Shown: positions 1-11,158, numbered from the stretch's first letter. The stretch: 45,453 nt of DNA from an uncultured archaeon (GCA_965552715.1 CBEVTC010000001.1:1-45453); one strand, 5' to 3'. A program made the numbers and translations. Notes: a model not told the origin generated them from the sequence alone.

Positions 1-89
1 AATTTCAGGGCGGGCAAAGCCTTATCGAAAGAATATTTCTTTGGGTCAAGCAGGGTTCCGTCAAGATCTGTGAAAATTATAATCTTCAT
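1..89 (-). CDS. HAD-IIB phosphatase N-terminal fragment (mannosyl/glucosyl-3-phosphoglycerate phosphatase-like); runs off the window
   Basis: Minus-strand translation from the ATG at 89-87 gives MKIIIFTDLDGTLLDPKKYSFDKALPALK, which contains HAD motif I (DxDGT). Its start overlaps the stop of the upstream GT gene as ATGA. Confidence 0.5.
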   Translation of the reverse strand, partial: MKIIIFTDLDGTLLDPKKYSFDKALPALK

Positions 90-1078
90 ACGTAAAGCCA
101 CTTGGGATATTTTTTAAACTTTTTCCTGTACTCATGCAAAGTGATCATGGGCGGGCGTTCTCTTTCGGTTATTATTTTATTTTTCAAGTGATATTCGCCA
201 TCACGCCTCTCTATAATTCTGTATTTGTTTTTTATCTTATTAACAAGTATCAGTTTCCCAAGGGTATTCGCTCTCTTAACGAAAACCTGTAAGATTCCGA
301 ATGCCATGTTGCTGAGACCGGATAACTCCTGGTTTCTGTGAACCCTTCTTACCAGATCCACCTGTGCTATGGAGTTGAGGCCGAACTTTTTAACAAGGTC
401 TATCATCATCCCTGTTTCAACCCCGTAACCTGTGAAATATGGTATTTTTTCCAGGGCTGTCCTCCTCGCTGCGGCTTCTCCACTAAGAGGTTGTATGAAA
501 CCTGAAATCCTTGGGAAATACATGTTGAGCAGTGGTCTTATCAAAAGTTCCGTGACCCTCCCTCCTCCCAGAGGCTGGAGTTTATCCCCCACCCTCAATG
601 GTCTTTTGTAGTAGGGCTTTACGAACTTTATTTTCGGATGGGTAAGCAAAGGGCCAAGAGGGCCGTAAACAAACCTCGGATGGATGTTCCGGATGTCGGC
701 ATCAACCCAGCAGACGATGCTCCCATTTGAAACATATAATCCCTTCCATAAGGCTTCCCCCTTACCCTTCCAGTTTCCCCGTTTTTTCAAAACTTTGCTG
801 TCTATGCAGACTGTCGCTCCTGCCTCCTCCGCGACCTCTCTCGTTTTATCAGTGCTGTTGGAATCGATAACGATTATTTCATCAACGAGCCCGTGCTTGT
901 CCATTAAACTTGACTTTAAAACCTTGACCACCTTTCCTATCGTACGTTCCTCGTTTAAGGTGGGAATCAAAACGCTTATCGTTTCTTTCTGCTTCTTTTT
1001 AAATTTGACCAGTCTTCTTATGTGGGAAAAGCTCTTGCACTTGAACCTGTTCTTGGTGAACCATTCTTCTACTTTCAT
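86..1078 (-). CDS. GT-A glycosyltransferase, glucosyl-/mannosyl-3-phosphoglycerate synthase-like
   Basis: 330-aa ORF with motifs ISVLIPTLNEE, VIDSNSTDKT, GKGEALWKG and WVDADI, typical of GpgS-type enzymes. Translationally coupled to the HAD phosphatase. Confidence 0.6.
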   Translation of the reverse strand: MKVEEWFTKNRFKCKSFSHIRRLVKFKKKQKETISVLIPTLNEERTIGKVVKVLKSSLMDKHGLVDEIIVIDSNSTDKTREVAEEAGATVCIDSKVLKKRGNWKGKGEALWKGLYVSNGSIVCWVDADIRNIHPRFVYGPLGPLLTHPKIKFVKPYYKRPLRVGDKLQPLGGGRVTELLIRPLLNMYFPRISGFIQPLSGEAAARRTALEKIPYFTGYGVETGMMIDLVKKFGLNSIAQVDLVRRVHRNQELSGLSNMAFGILQVFVKRANTLGKLILVNKIKNKYRIIERRDGEYHLKNKIITERERPPMITLHEYRKKFKKYPKWLYV

Positions 1079-1132
1079 AAGTTATTAAAATTTCGTTGGT
1101 GGGTATAAAAAAGTTTAATTCCAAGAAAAGGC

Positions 1133-2152
<1,020 letters not shown>

Positions 2153-2189
2153 CTATTTGAATTTATGAAATATCTTCGTAATAAAGGTT

Positions 2190-3266
2190 TCATTTCAAAG
2201 CTATGAGAGCATCCGCAATCGAAGAGGCGTCTCCAATACCCGTTATGACTTTTGGTTCAGGCGTTACGTAAGCTGGGATCAACACGGAATCCTTCCCTTC
2301 AATCTTCTTCACCTCGTATCTATCGAGTTTCGAAACCCTCTCAAGGTTTTCCTTTATCCCCCCGAATAACTTTGCGGCTGGAACCTTCACGGAATACTCC
2401 CCTGCTTTCGAGTTTTTCTCCCTGTCCTTTCGGAAGAAGGTTAACCTGTATTTGATCGAATGGATCGTGAGCCTATCAAGACCGCTACTTTTCATGAATT
2501 CCGAGAAAAACCCCGGATTTTCGAGAGGATCGCCTTCGAAACCTATGAATTTCGTCTCGCATTCGTTCATGCCCAGCGAATTCAAAACCCCTTCATCCGT
2601 TAGTTTCTTGATCGCATATCTTATGGTTTCCGTCCCCTCGCCGAGCTCCAGGTGGACCTTGCATTTTTTCCCCGTCAGGATATCCGAGATTAAATCGACC
2701 TTATTCCTGTATGTAGGGGAAACCAAATGAAAACCGCAGAGCCAGAGCATATCCGCGAAATTTATGTTCTTCCAGAAATGTTCATCCAACCTGCATTCGT
2801 AAGAGGCGGGATCAAAGGTGAATATCTTCCTGTGATCTTTCCTTTCGAAAGATAAATGTTCGAATTCTGGATCGTCCATAATAGTTTCAAGAGGTTCAAC
2901 AAAACCTCTTTTGTTAGCCAATTCTATTCCTTTATGTTTGCTGAGCATTTCCATTATCGATTTAGGTCTTAAAGGACACGACAAAACACATGGAATTCCC
3001 AATTCGTTGAGAACTAGCGCCGCGTTACCTGCATTCCCCCCTATTTTCCTTATCCCTTTGAAATTCCCCTTCAAGAATTCGAAAAGTTCTTTGTCTATCA
3101 AACATTCGCAATCTTTTCGTTCGTTTTCCAGAACGTAAACTATCTCTCCGGGTTTCGAAAGTATCTCCTTTGAGGGTTTCACGGGCTCGATCCCTTCGAA
3201 TTTTTTTGTATCGTAATCGGTTATTATGGAATCCAGATTCGTGAACAAACCAACGAAAATCCTCAT
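2190..3266 (-). CDS. Ribokinase-superfamily sugar kinase, ADP-dependent PFK/GK-like (short form)
   Basis: Motifs FTNLDSII, GGNAGNAALVLNELG, HLELGEG, SLGMNECE and C-terminal TGIGDASS. Start taken at the ATG at 3266 (MRIFVGLF) rather than the ORF-track start. Confidence 0.5.
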   Translation of the reverse strand: MRIFVGLFTNLDSIITDYDTKKFEGIEPVKPSKEILSKPGEIVYVLENERKDCECLIDKELFEFLKGNFKGIRKIGGNAGNAALVLNELGIPCVLSCPLRPKSIMEMLSKHKGIELANKRGFVEPLETIMDDPEFEHLSFERKDHRKIFTFDPASYECRLDEHFWKNINFADMLWLCGFHLVSPTYRNKVDLISDILTGKKCKVHLELGEGTETIRYAIKKLTDEGVLNSLGMNECETKFIGFEGDPLENPGFFSEFMKSSGLDRLTIHSIKYRLTFFRKDREKNSKAGEYSVKVPAAKLFGGIKENLERVSKLDRYEVKKIEGKDSVLIPAYVTPEPKVITGIGDASSIADALIALK

Positions 3267-3364
3267 GTTTATAATTTCATTTTGGTTAATTAAAAACACC
3301 CGTAAAATCGCTCGAAAATACAGGTAAAAAACTTATATTACTAAAATACAATTTCAAAATCACA

Positions 3365-4633
3365 ATGAAAAATAAATTTAAGAACATCGGTTTCATCTCC
3401 ACGAGAATTGCAGGTACGGATGGAGTATCTTTAGAAATAGATAAGTGGGTTAAGGTTCTGGAGAGAAATAGGTATAATTGTTATTATTTTGCTGGAATAT
3501 CCGATAGACCACCCAAAAAATGCTTCCTGGTGAAAGAGGCTCATTTCGAGCATCCAAAAATCATGAAAATAAGGAAAGAATGTTTCGGGAATGAAGAGCG
3601 TTCCCCTAAAATCAGCAAACTGATTGAAAACTTGAAAAATCAGCTCAAGAAAAAAATCCAACAATTCGTTGAGAAGTTCGATGTGGACTTGATCATCCCT
3701 GAGAATGCGTTAGCCATCCCCATGAACATTCCCTTGGGTTTGGCGATTACGGACTTCATTGCTGAAACTGGTTTCCCCACAATAGCGCATCATCACGATT
3801 TTTATTGGGAAAGAAATCGCTTTCTGGTTAATTCTGTAAACGATTATCTGGACCGGGCATTCCCGCCAGATTTGCCATCTATCAAACATGTGGTGATAAA
3901 TTCCATTGCCAGCGAGGAGCTAAGTCACCGAAAGGGGATTTCAAACACCATTATTCCTAATGTCTACGATTTCGCTTCCCCTCCTTCCCGGTCGGACAGC
4001 CATTGCCCGGATCTGCGAAAGAGTATCGGATTAAAAGAAAACGATTTGTTCATCCTCCAGCCCACGCGCGTGGTCCCTCGTAAATGCATTGAAACATCGG
4101 TTGAACTTGTTCATCAAATGAAGCTGAAAAATCCCGTGCTCGTTATCTCCCATGCTAGCGGTGATGAGGGAAGCTCTTATTACGAAAACATCAAAGAATA
4201 CGCGAAAAATCTGGATGTGAAAATTGTTTCTATCAAGAAGATTATTGGACCTAAAAGAATGGAGAAAAGGGGGGGGAAGATTTATACCATAGGAGACGTG
4301 TATCTATGCGCGGATTTGGTAACATATCCTTCAAGTTATGAGGGATTTGGAAACGCCTTCCTTGAGGCAATTTATTATAGAAAACCTGTTGTTGTGAACA
4401 GATACCCGATTTACATCGTGGATATTGAACCAAAGAGATTCGATCTGATCGCCATCAATCGTTTTGTCACGAAAGAAACAATCAAAAAAATCAGAGAGAT
4501 TCTGAAAAACGAAAAAAGAAGGGAGAAAATGGTAGAAAAGAATTACCGTGTGGCGCTCAAGTATTTTTCTTATGAAGTGCTGGAGAATTCACTAAAAGAT
4601 ATCATCGAGGAGCTACAAAAAGAGGGGGAATGA
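3365..4633 (+). CDS. GT4-family (GT-B) glycosyltransferase
   Basis: 422 aa with the C-terminal E-x7-E motif SSYEGFGNAFLEAIYYRKPVVV. Confidence 0.65.
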   Translation: MKNKFKNIGFISTRIAGTDGVSLEIDKWVKVLERNRYNCYYFAGISDRPPKKCFLVKEAHFEHPKIMKIRKECFGNEERSPKISKLIENLKNQLKKKIQQFVEKFDVDLIIPENALAIPMNIPLGLAITDFIAETGFPTIAHHHDFYWERNRFLVNSVNDYLDRAFPPDLPSIKHVVINSIASEELSHRKGISNTIIPNVYDFASPPSRSDSHCPDLRKSIGLKENDLFILQPTRVVPRKCIETSVELVHQMKLKNPVLVISHASGDEGSSYYENIKEYAKNLDVKIVSIKKIIGPKRMEKRGGKIYTIGDVYLCADLVTYPSSYEGFGNAFLEAIYYRKPVVVNRYPIYIVDIEPKRFDLIAINRFVTKETIKKIREILKNEKRREKMVEKNYRVALKYFSYEVLENSLKDIIEELQKEGE

Positions 4634-4634
4634 A

Positions 4635-5885
4635 ATGAAAAAGTTAAACATCGCTTTGCTGCATTACTCATGCCCTCCCGTGGTGGGGGGTGTAGAGGAA
4701 GTCGTTAGCCAGCAGGCCTTCCTATTTCAAAGGTATTTCCAAAAAGTCAAAATCTTTGCGGGTATGGGGGCGCAATTTTCCGATTATTTTCAGGTGGAGA
4801 TCAACCCATTACTTGGGTCGCGAAATAAAAAGATATTACATGCCCACAAGTCGGCAAGAGAGGGGAACCTCAAGCCAATCGAATCACTGACCTTGAAGAT
4901 TTACAAGTATCTAAAGCGTTCACTCCAGGATTTCGATATCCTAATCGCCCACAATGTCCTGACCATGCGCTACAACCTACCATTAACTTACGCCCTCCTA
5001 CGTTTGGCTGAGGAGGATTTTATCCCCATAATTGGCTGGGACCATGATTCTCCTTATTTCTATCATGATTATCCTTCCTACTTGGACGAAGAACCGTGGA
5101 GTATCCTTAAACAATATAATTCAAAGGTATATTATGTGGTTATTTCAGAGAGCCGTAAGAGACAATTCGAAAAGTTATACGGCAAGGGGAATAACATTCA
5201 TGTCGTGCCTAATGGTATTGACCCCATTACCTTTTTTGGATTGAGCCCTTTAACAATTCGGTTAATCCAGGAACAAGATCTCTTTGATGCCGACTTTTTA
5301 ATAGTGCAGCCATCGCGCCTACATCCACGAAAAAATGTGGAATTGTCAATCCGCGTGTTGCGAGCGCTTAAGGATATGGGGATAAACGCACGTTTGTTGA
5401 TTACAGGTACTTATGATCCCCACGAGTCTAGAACGGTCGAATATTATAAGAAAATCCTGTCACTTGCCCGGGAATTGAACGTTAAGAAGGACGTTCTTAT
5501 GACAGCAGAATATAAATTTAAGAGCGGTCAACGCCTCATCCCCAGTCGTATTATAATGCGGGACCTTTACCTTATTTCCGATATTTTATTCATGCCCAGT
5601 ATTCAGGAAGGGTTTGGCCTTCCGTTGCTGGAATCCGGCATGATTAAATTGCCTATTGTTTGTTCTGACATTTCTCCTTTCAAAGAAGTTGGGGGTAATG
5701 AGGTCTGCCTTTTCAAACTAAGTGAAACCCCTGAAGAGATCGCTGAAAAAATTCTCAATTTACTTTCGATTAGAAAATCAAACCGTTTTTTCCGCAGGGT
5801 TATCAAAGATTATACATGGGATAACATATACAAAGAGAAATTGCTTCCTCTTTTGACCGAGATAAAAGAAAAAAACCTGAAATGA
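4635..5885 (+). CDS. GT4-family (GT-B) glycosyltransferase
   Basis: 416 aa with PSIQEGFGLPLLESGMIKLPIVCSD. Starts 1 nt after the stop of the preceding GT4 gene. Confidence 0.65.
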   Translation: MKKLNIALLHYSCPPVVGGVEEVVSQQAFLFQRYFQKVKIFAGMGAQFSDYFQVEINPLLGSRNKKILHAHKSAREGNLKPIESLTLKIYKYLKRSLQDFDILIAHNVLTMRYNLPLTYALLRLAEEDFIPIIGWDHDSPYFYHDYPSYLDEEPWSILKQYNSKVYYVVISESRKRQFEKLYGKGNNIHVVPNGIDPITFFGLSPLTIRLIQEQDLFDADFLIVQPSRLHPRKNVELSIRVLRALKDMGINARLLITGTYDPHESRTVEYYKKILSLARELNVKKDVLMTAEYKFKSGQRLIPSRIIMRDLYLISDILFMPSIQEGFGLPLLESGMIKLPIVCSDISPFKEVGGNEVCLFKLSETPEEIAEKILNLLSIRKSNRFFRRVIKDYTWDNIYKEKLLPLLTEIKEKNLK

Positions 5886-5912
5886 TTTTAAACCTTGGGT
5901 GAAATTTTATTC

Positions 5913-6638
5913 ATGTTATATCTCGTAGGCCTGGGCGTATGGAACGAGAAGGACATCTCACTCCGCGGGATCGAGGTTTGCAAGCGAGCTGATTCTGTCT
6001 ATTGCGAATTGTACACGGCGTACTGGGGAGGAGACCTTAAGAAACTGGGAAAATTAATCAGTAAGAAAATCGAAATCCTTGAGAGGAAGGATGTGGAGGA
6101 GGGATCGGATAAAATCCTAGAGGATGCTAAATCGAAAGATATCGTACTCCTCGTCCCGGGTGATCCCCTCGTGGCGACAACGCATGTTCATCTGATTCTG
6201 GAGGCGAAGAAAGCGAACATACCCATCGAAATCGTTCATTCCTCCTCGATATACACGAGCATCTCCCGAACCGGTCTGCAGATATACAAGTTCGGCAGGA
6301 CGGGAACTGTCATAACCCCGAAAGGGGGGTATGAAAGTCGGGGGTTCTACGATTTGATCAAAGAAAACCTTAAACACGGTCTGCATACGCTTCTTCTCCT
6401 CGACAGGGACATGGGGACGAAAAGAGCGCTCGAAATACTCAAGGGGATAGAAAGGGGGAAGAGAAAGAAGATTTTGAAGCATGCTGTTCTCTGTTCTAAA
6501 CTGGGGTCGGAACACGAAAGGATCGTTTACGGGAAGATTGAGGATTTGCTTGATATGGACCTCGCCCCTCCGGCCGTGATAATCATCCCCGGAAAGCTTC
6601 ATTTCATGGAGAAGGAATTCTTGGAGATGCTGGAATAG
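5913..6638 (+). CDS. dph5: Diphthine synthase
   Basis: MLYLVGLGVWNEKDISLRGIEVCKRADSVYCELYT and VPGDPLVATTH. The ATG at 5913 is preferred over the upstream TTG. Confidence 0.85.
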   Translation: MLYLVGLGVWNEKDISLRGIEVCKRADSVYCELYTAYWGGDLKKLGKLISKKIEILERKDVEEGSDKILEDAKSKDIVLLVPGDPLVATTHVHLILEAKKANIPIEIVHSSSIYTSISRTGLQIYKFGRTGTVITPKGGYESRGFYDLIKENLKHGLHTLLLLDRDMGTKRALEILKGIERGKRKKILKHAVLCSKLGSEHERIVYGKIEDLLDMDLAPPAVIIIPGKLHFMEKEFLEMLE

Positions 6639-6641
6639 AAA

Positions 6642-6869
6642 TTACTGAATCTCCCTGTAAAATGAAACGTCTATCGAAAAGAGCCCGACACCCACGACTA
6701 TCATCAGAACCACTATCAGGACGAGCGTGATGAACGGGTCGAGATTCGCAAAAGAATACGCGATCAGGTAGACGAGGAGGAGGACTGCTATTAAAAAGAC
6801 TATGGAAACTATTATCCTTAACTTCCAAGAGAACTGCTTCACATGAACCTCATCCCTTTTGAATGCCAT
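6642..6869 (-). CDS. Small hypothetical membrane protein (two predicted TM helices)
   Basis: 75-aa ORF, hydrophobic throughout, filling an otherwise unassigned gap. No recognisable family. Confidence 0.35.
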   Translation of the reverse strand: MAFKRDEVHVKQFSWKLRIIVSIVFLIAVLLLVYLIAYSFANLDPFITLVLIVVLMIVVGVGLFSIDVSFYREIQ

Positions 6870-6948
6870 GTTAAAACCTCACAACCAAGTTTCTATATAT
6901 ATTTATAAATTAATTTAACATAAATATTGTCATTCGCGGGGTTTGACT

Positions 6949-7761
6949 ATGCATTCGCTGCCCGTATTCGATTTGAATGGAAAGGAGAAGGGGAGGATTT
7001 CGTTACCCGAAACTTTCTCGGAAAGGGTTCGAATTGATCTTATTCGAAGGGCGGTGCTTGCGGAGGTGAGCAAATCGAGGAAAGCGTACGGAAGCGATCC
7101 TCTCGCTGGGCACAGGAGTTCCGCCCATTACCACGGGAGGAGGTCGAGAAGGGATTCGCAGATGAACAGGGAGCTCGCGAGAATGAAAAGGATTCACGGT
7201 CAGGGTTTTCTCAACCTTACGGTGAGGGTCGTCCCGCAGGCTGTGAAGGGACGAAAAGCGCATCCCCCAAAGCCCGGAAAGAAATGGGCTCTGAAAATAA
7301 ACAAGAAAGAACGGAGGAAAGCGCTAAAATCGGCGCTAGCAGCGACGCTTGACAAGGACCTGGTTTCGGGAAGGGGACACAGGATTTCAGGGGTGAAGCA
7401 TGTCCCGATCGTGATAGAGGACGGTTTCCAGAAAATAAGCAAGACTTCCGAGGTGATCAAAACCCTCGAAAAGTTCGGTCTGGAAGAGGAACTGGAGAGG
7501 TGTGGAAAGAAGAAGGTGAGGTCAGGAAGAGGAAAAATGAGGGGTAGAAAATATCGAACGAGAAGAGGACCTTTGGTGGTCATAGAGAAGGACGAAGGAG
7601 TTCGAAAGGCTCTAGGGAACGTACAGGGAATTGATGTTTCACTCGCGAAAGAGCTGGATGTGAGTTCTCTCGCTCCGGGCACGCACCCGGGGAGGTTCGC
7701 GATATTCACTAAGTCCGCTATAAAGGAGTTGGATTTGAATGGCAGAGAAAAGGGGAAGTGA
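6949..7761 (+). CDS. rpl4: Ribosomal protein uL4
   Basis: Sequence and position at the head of the L4-L23-L2 block. ATG at 6949. Confidence 0.9.
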   Translation: MHSLPVFDLNGKEKGRISLPETFSERVRIDLIRRAVLAEVSKSRKAYGSDPLAGHRSSAHYHGRRSRRDSQMNRELARMKRIHGQGFLNLTVRVVPQAVKGRKAHPPKPGKKWALKINKKERRKALKSALAATLDKDLVSGRGHRISGVKHVPIVIEDGFQKISKTSEVIKTLEKFGLEEELERCGKKKVRSGRGKMRGRKYRTRRGPLVVIEKDEGVRKALGNVQGIDVSLAKELDVSSLAPGTHPGRFAIFTKSAIKELDLNGREKGK

Positions 7762-8047
7762 GAAGGTTACGAAAGGTAGGAAAGAAAAGGATGCGTGGGA
7801 TGTCCTTATATATCCTCATCTCACTGAAAAATCAATGAACATGGTTGAGCTAGAGAACAAATTAGTATTCATAGTTAATAAAAAGGCGGACAAGGATGAA
7901 ATAAAGGAAGCGATTGAGAAGGAGTTCGAGGTGAGGGTTGAACGGGTGAGGACAGAGATAACGACAAGAGGTCAGAAAAAGGCCTTCATAAAGATACACC
8001 CTGACTTTTCCGCGGCAGACATCGCTTCCAAATTGGGGATGATATAA
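7739..8047 (+). CDS. rpl23: Ribosomal protein uL23
   Basis: Contains YPHLTEKSM...FIVNKKADKDEIKEAIEKEFEV. Gene order supports the call. Confidence 0.9.
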   Translation: MAEKRGSEKVTKGRKEKDAWDVLIYPHLTEKSMNMVELENKLVFIVNKKADKDEIKEAIEKEFEVRVERVRTEITTRGQKKAFIKIHPDFSAADIASKLGMI

Positions 8048-8048
8048 C

Positions 8049-8720
8049 ATGGGCAAGAGGATAATCAGCCAGAGGAGAGGAAGAGGTTCGCCCACCTACA
8101 GGGTCCCGAAAAGAGGGGAAGTTATCAGGATTACTTACAAGAACGTGGAAGGCGAAGTCATGGATATCATAAACGATCCCGGAAGAAACTCGCCTGTGGC
8201 GAAGATCAGGTATTCGGACGGGACATCGGATTACCTCATAGCGCCAAAGGGTTTGAAAACAGGGGACAGGATGGATTTCGTTTCGCCCCTTTCAAAAATC
8301 CCGGTTGGCGCTCAGATATTCGGAATTGAAACCTCCCCGTTTTCCGGCCCGAAATTATGTAACGCCCCGGGTTCGTTCGCGACACTCGTTTCAAAGGCAA
8401 AGAAGAAATGCGTCATCCGACTCCCTTCAAAAAAGACAAGGGATCTCAACCTCGAATGCCGAGCGAGTGTAGGGATTCCGGCAGGGGACGGGTCCAAGGA
8501 GAAGCCATGGGTGAAGGCCGGGAAGAAATGGATTGCAATGCACAGGAAAGGGAAATTGTATCCCAGAACTTCGGGCGTGGCGATGAACGCGGTCGATCAC
8601 CCGTTCGGGGGCCCGACCAAACCCGGTAAGCCCATGACGGTCAGCAAGCACGCGCCTCCTGGAGCGAAGGTAGGGTCATGGGGAGCGAGGAGGACCGGAA
8701 AGAGGAAAGGCAAAAGGTGA
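8049..8720 (+). CDS. rpl2: Ribosomal protein uL2
   Basis: MGKRIISQRRGRGS and NAVDHPFGG motifs. Confidence 0.95.
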   Translation: MGKRIISQRRGRGSPTYRVPKRGEVIRITYKNVEGEVMDIINDPGRNSPVAKIRYSDGTSDYLIAPKGLKTGDRMDFVSPLSKIPVGAQIFGIETSPFSGPKLCNAPGSFATLVSKAKKKCVIRLPSKKTRDLNLECRASVGIPAGDGSKEKPWVKAGKKWIAMHRKGKLYPRTSGVAMNAVDHPFGGPTKPGKPMTVSKHAPPGAKVGSWGARRTGKRKGKR

Positions 8721-8731
8721 TGGTGATATAA

Positions 8732-9112
8732 ATGGCGAAGTTTGCGTTCCGCGGGAAATCTTTCGAAGAGATAGAGGGAATGGACCTGGAGGAGTTCAGC
8801 CTTTTGCTGAAATCCAGGCAGAGGAGATCTCTGAAACGAGGGTTGAACGAAAAGCAGAAGAAGTTGCTCGAGAAGATAAGGAAAAATCCTAAGAAATTCC
8901 ACAGGACACGTTGCAGGGAAATGGTAATACTCCCTGAAATGGTGGGCGTGAAGATTGGAGTGCATAGCGGAAAGGAATACATCCCCCTTGATATTAAACC
9001 AGAGATGATCGGTTACAGGCTCGGGGAGTTCGTGATGACGAGGAAGGGCGTGAAGCATTCCGCTCCTGGTTTCGGAGCGACAAGGTCTTCGAAGTTCGTT
9101 CCGTTGAAGTGA
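8732..9112 (+). CDS. rps19: Ribosomal protein uS19
   Basis: GVHSGKEYIPLDIKPEMIGYRLGEF. Gene order supports the call. Confidence 0.95.
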   Translation: MAKFAFRGKSFEEIEGMDLEEFSLLLKSRQRRSLKRGLNEKQKKLLEKIRKNPKKFHRTRCREMVILPEMVGVKIGVHSGKEYIPLDIKPEMIGYRLGEFVMTRKGVKHSAPGFGATRSSKFVPLK

Positions 9113-9501
9113 TGTTTATGGTTGAATACACACTGAACCTGAATCCCAAGAAGTCGGCGATGGCGTACGGAAGAGCGTTAAGAATATCCACCAAAAGCTC
9201 GGTAACGGTATGCCGCACGATTTCCGGTATGAATCTTTTGAAGGGCAAGAGGCTTTTGGGGGATTTGATAATGGAGAAGAGAGGTCTGGACGGGAAATAT
9301 TACACGAATGCTTCCAAGGAAATACTTAACGTTGTAAAGTCGGCGGAGATGAACGCTGAATTCAGGGGTCTGGACACGGGCAGGCTTGTGATATTCGCTT
9401 CCGCTCATAAGGGTTTTTCTTTCATCCGCCCCAGAAGGCTGAAGATGAGGAGAACCAGGAGGAAAATGACGAACATACAAATAGTTTTGCAACAGAAGTG
9501 A
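9109..9501 (+). CDS. rpl22: Ribosomal protein uL22
   Basis: Position between S19 and S3, with a basic C-terminus. At 130 aa it is shorter than typical archaeal homologs. Confidence 0.85.
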   Translation: MMFMVEYTLNLNPKKSAMAYGRALRISTKSSVTVCRTISGMNLLKGKRLLGDLIMEKRGLDGKYYTNASKEILNVVKSAEMNAEFRGLDTGRLVIFASAHKGFSFIRPRRLKMRRTRRKMTNIQIVLQQK

Positions 9502-10133
9502 TTACTATGCTTATGAAAAGCTTTTTTGTGGATTACGCGGTAAGGAAGACAAAGATAGAGGATTTCATAAAAATATATTTCCCTGAGGAAAGTTATTCAA
9601 AAGTCAAGCTGGAAAGGACGCCTTTGGGCGTCAAGATAATTATATACACGGACAGGCCCGGGAGGATAATAGGGGCAGGAGGCAGGAAGATCAACGAGTT
9701 GACCGACAGGCTGAAGGAGGAGTTCAAGCTCGAGAATCCGCAAGTGGATGTTAAACCAATCGAAAAACCCGACCTGGACGCGAAAATCGTTGCGAAAAAA
9801 ATAACCTCAGCGCTTAGAGGTGGTTACAACTACAAAAAGATCGGGAACATAATGCTGAAAAGGGTCATGGGCGCGGGGGCGATAGGGGTGGAAATCATTA
9901 TCTCCGGAAAGCTCGGTGGCTCGAAGGGAAGGACAGGGAAATTCATAGACGGTTATCTTAAGCACTGTGGTCAGCCTGCGAAAGAACTGGTTGACTACGG
10001 ATTCGATGAAGCGAACACGAAACCGGGTAAGATAGGCGTTCAGGTAAGGATAATGGAATCCGTTCCTTTGATAGCAGAGGATATAGAAGAGGAAAAGGAT
10101 AAAAAGAAGGAATCCAAAAATAAAGAAGAATAG
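9498..10133 (+). CDS. rps3: Ribosomal protein uS3
   Basis: KH-domain motif GRIIGAGGRKINELT, plus an acidic/basic C-terminal tail. Confidence 0.95.
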   Translation: MITMLMKSFFVDYAVRKTKIEDFIKIYFPEESYSKVKLERTPLGVKIIIYTDRPGRIIGAGGRKINELTDRLKEEFKLENPQVDVKPIEKPDLDAKIVAKKITSALRGGYNYKKIGNIMLKRVMGAGAIGVEIIISGKLGGSKGRTGKFIDGYLKHCGQPAKELVDYGFDEANTKPGKIGVQVRIMESVPLIAEDIEEEKDKKKESKNKEE

Positions 10134-10141
10134 GGTGTTTT

Positions 10142-10345
10142 ATGGCGATTCTGAGGAAAAAGGACATAAGAAAGATGGATGAAAAGGAACTTGAAAAACA
10201 AATGAAAGAGCTCAATTTGGAACTTTCCAAGGAAAAGGCGAACATACACATAGGAGCCACTGTAACTTCTCCTGGCAAGCTGAAAGAGATCAGGAGAACG
10301 ATTGCCAGGATAAAAACTATCAAGAATGAGAAAAGGGGAGAATGA
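10142..10345 (+). CDS. rpl29: Ribosomal protein uL29
   Basis: 67 aa, with the KELNLELSKEK..IRRTIARIKT pattern. Confidence 0.9.
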   Translation: MAILRKKDIRKMDEKELEKQMKELNLELSKEKANIHIGATVTSPGKLKEIRRTIARIKTIKNEKRGE

Positions 10346-10427
10346 AAGGGTATTTAGAGTTTTCGAAACCTGTATATTCGATTTTTGAAACAGCAAAATT
10401 TGAAATAAAGGAGAGTGAGATCGGAAG

Positions 10428-10733
10428 ATGACGGAGATTTGCCCTAACTGCGGCCTTCCGAAGGACATTTGCGCATGCGAAACGATCGCGAAGGAAGAGG
10501 AAAAGATAAGGATTTCCTCCACGAGAAAGAGGTTCGGAAAGAGGGTGACCTTGATCGAGGGGATAAGCAGGGACGTGAATTCGAAAGGTATCCTGAAGGA
10601 ACTGAAAACCAAGCTCGCATGCGGCGGGACAATGAAAGACGGTGTGATCGAACTCCAGGGAGACCACAGGAGAAGGATAAGGGAGATTCTGGTAAAACTC
10701 GGTTTTTCGGGAGACAAGATCGAGGTTTCGTAA
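10428..10733 (+). CDS. sui1: Translation initiation factor SUI1 (aIF1)
   Basis: N-terminal CPNCG..CAC zinc knuckle, then KRVTLIEGI...LACGGTMKDGVIELQGDHR. Confidence 0.9.
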   Translation: MTEICPNCGLPKDICACETIAKEEEKIRISSTRKRFGKRVTLIEGISRDVNSKGILKELKTKLACGGTMKDGVIELQGDHRRRIREILVKLGFSGDKIEVS

Positions 10734-10788
10734 ATTTAGGGAAAAAGCAAGGGGATAGATTTTTACAATCTGGATTCTATATTTAATT

Positions 10789-11067
10789 ATGAGAACTCCT
10801 GAAAATCTCGTCCGCCACGAACTGATAGGACTGAAAGCGAAAGTAGTTGATAGTTCAAACCCGAAAAACGTTGGGATAAAAGGACGGATAGTGGACGAAA
10901 CGAGGAATATTCTCGTTATCGAAAAAACGGACGGGAAGGAAGTTAAATTGGTAAAAGAAGAGAACGTTTTTGTTTTTGATTTGGGTGGGGAAAGGATTAG
11001 TGTGGACGGGAAGGTTTTGGTTGGAAGACCCGAGGACAGGATAAAGAAGAAGTTTAGAAAGTGGTGA
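10789..11067 (+). CDS. rnp1: RNase P protein component 1 (Rpp29/Pop4)
   Basis: HELIGLKAKVVDSSNPKNVGIKGRIVDETRNILVIE. Lies at the conserved position between SUI1 and S17. Confidence 0.8.
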   Translation: MRTPENLVRHELIGLKAKVVDSSNPKNVGIKGRIVDETRNILVIEKTDGKEVKLVKEENVFVFDLGGERISVDGKVLVGRPEDRIKKKFRKW

Positions 11068-11158
11068 AAGCGCAGTCTTTTTAAATATTTGTTTCTATTA
11101 GTATATCCAAACAGTTAACTGTTAATGTATTTAAATAAAGACTGTCAATTGGATTATT

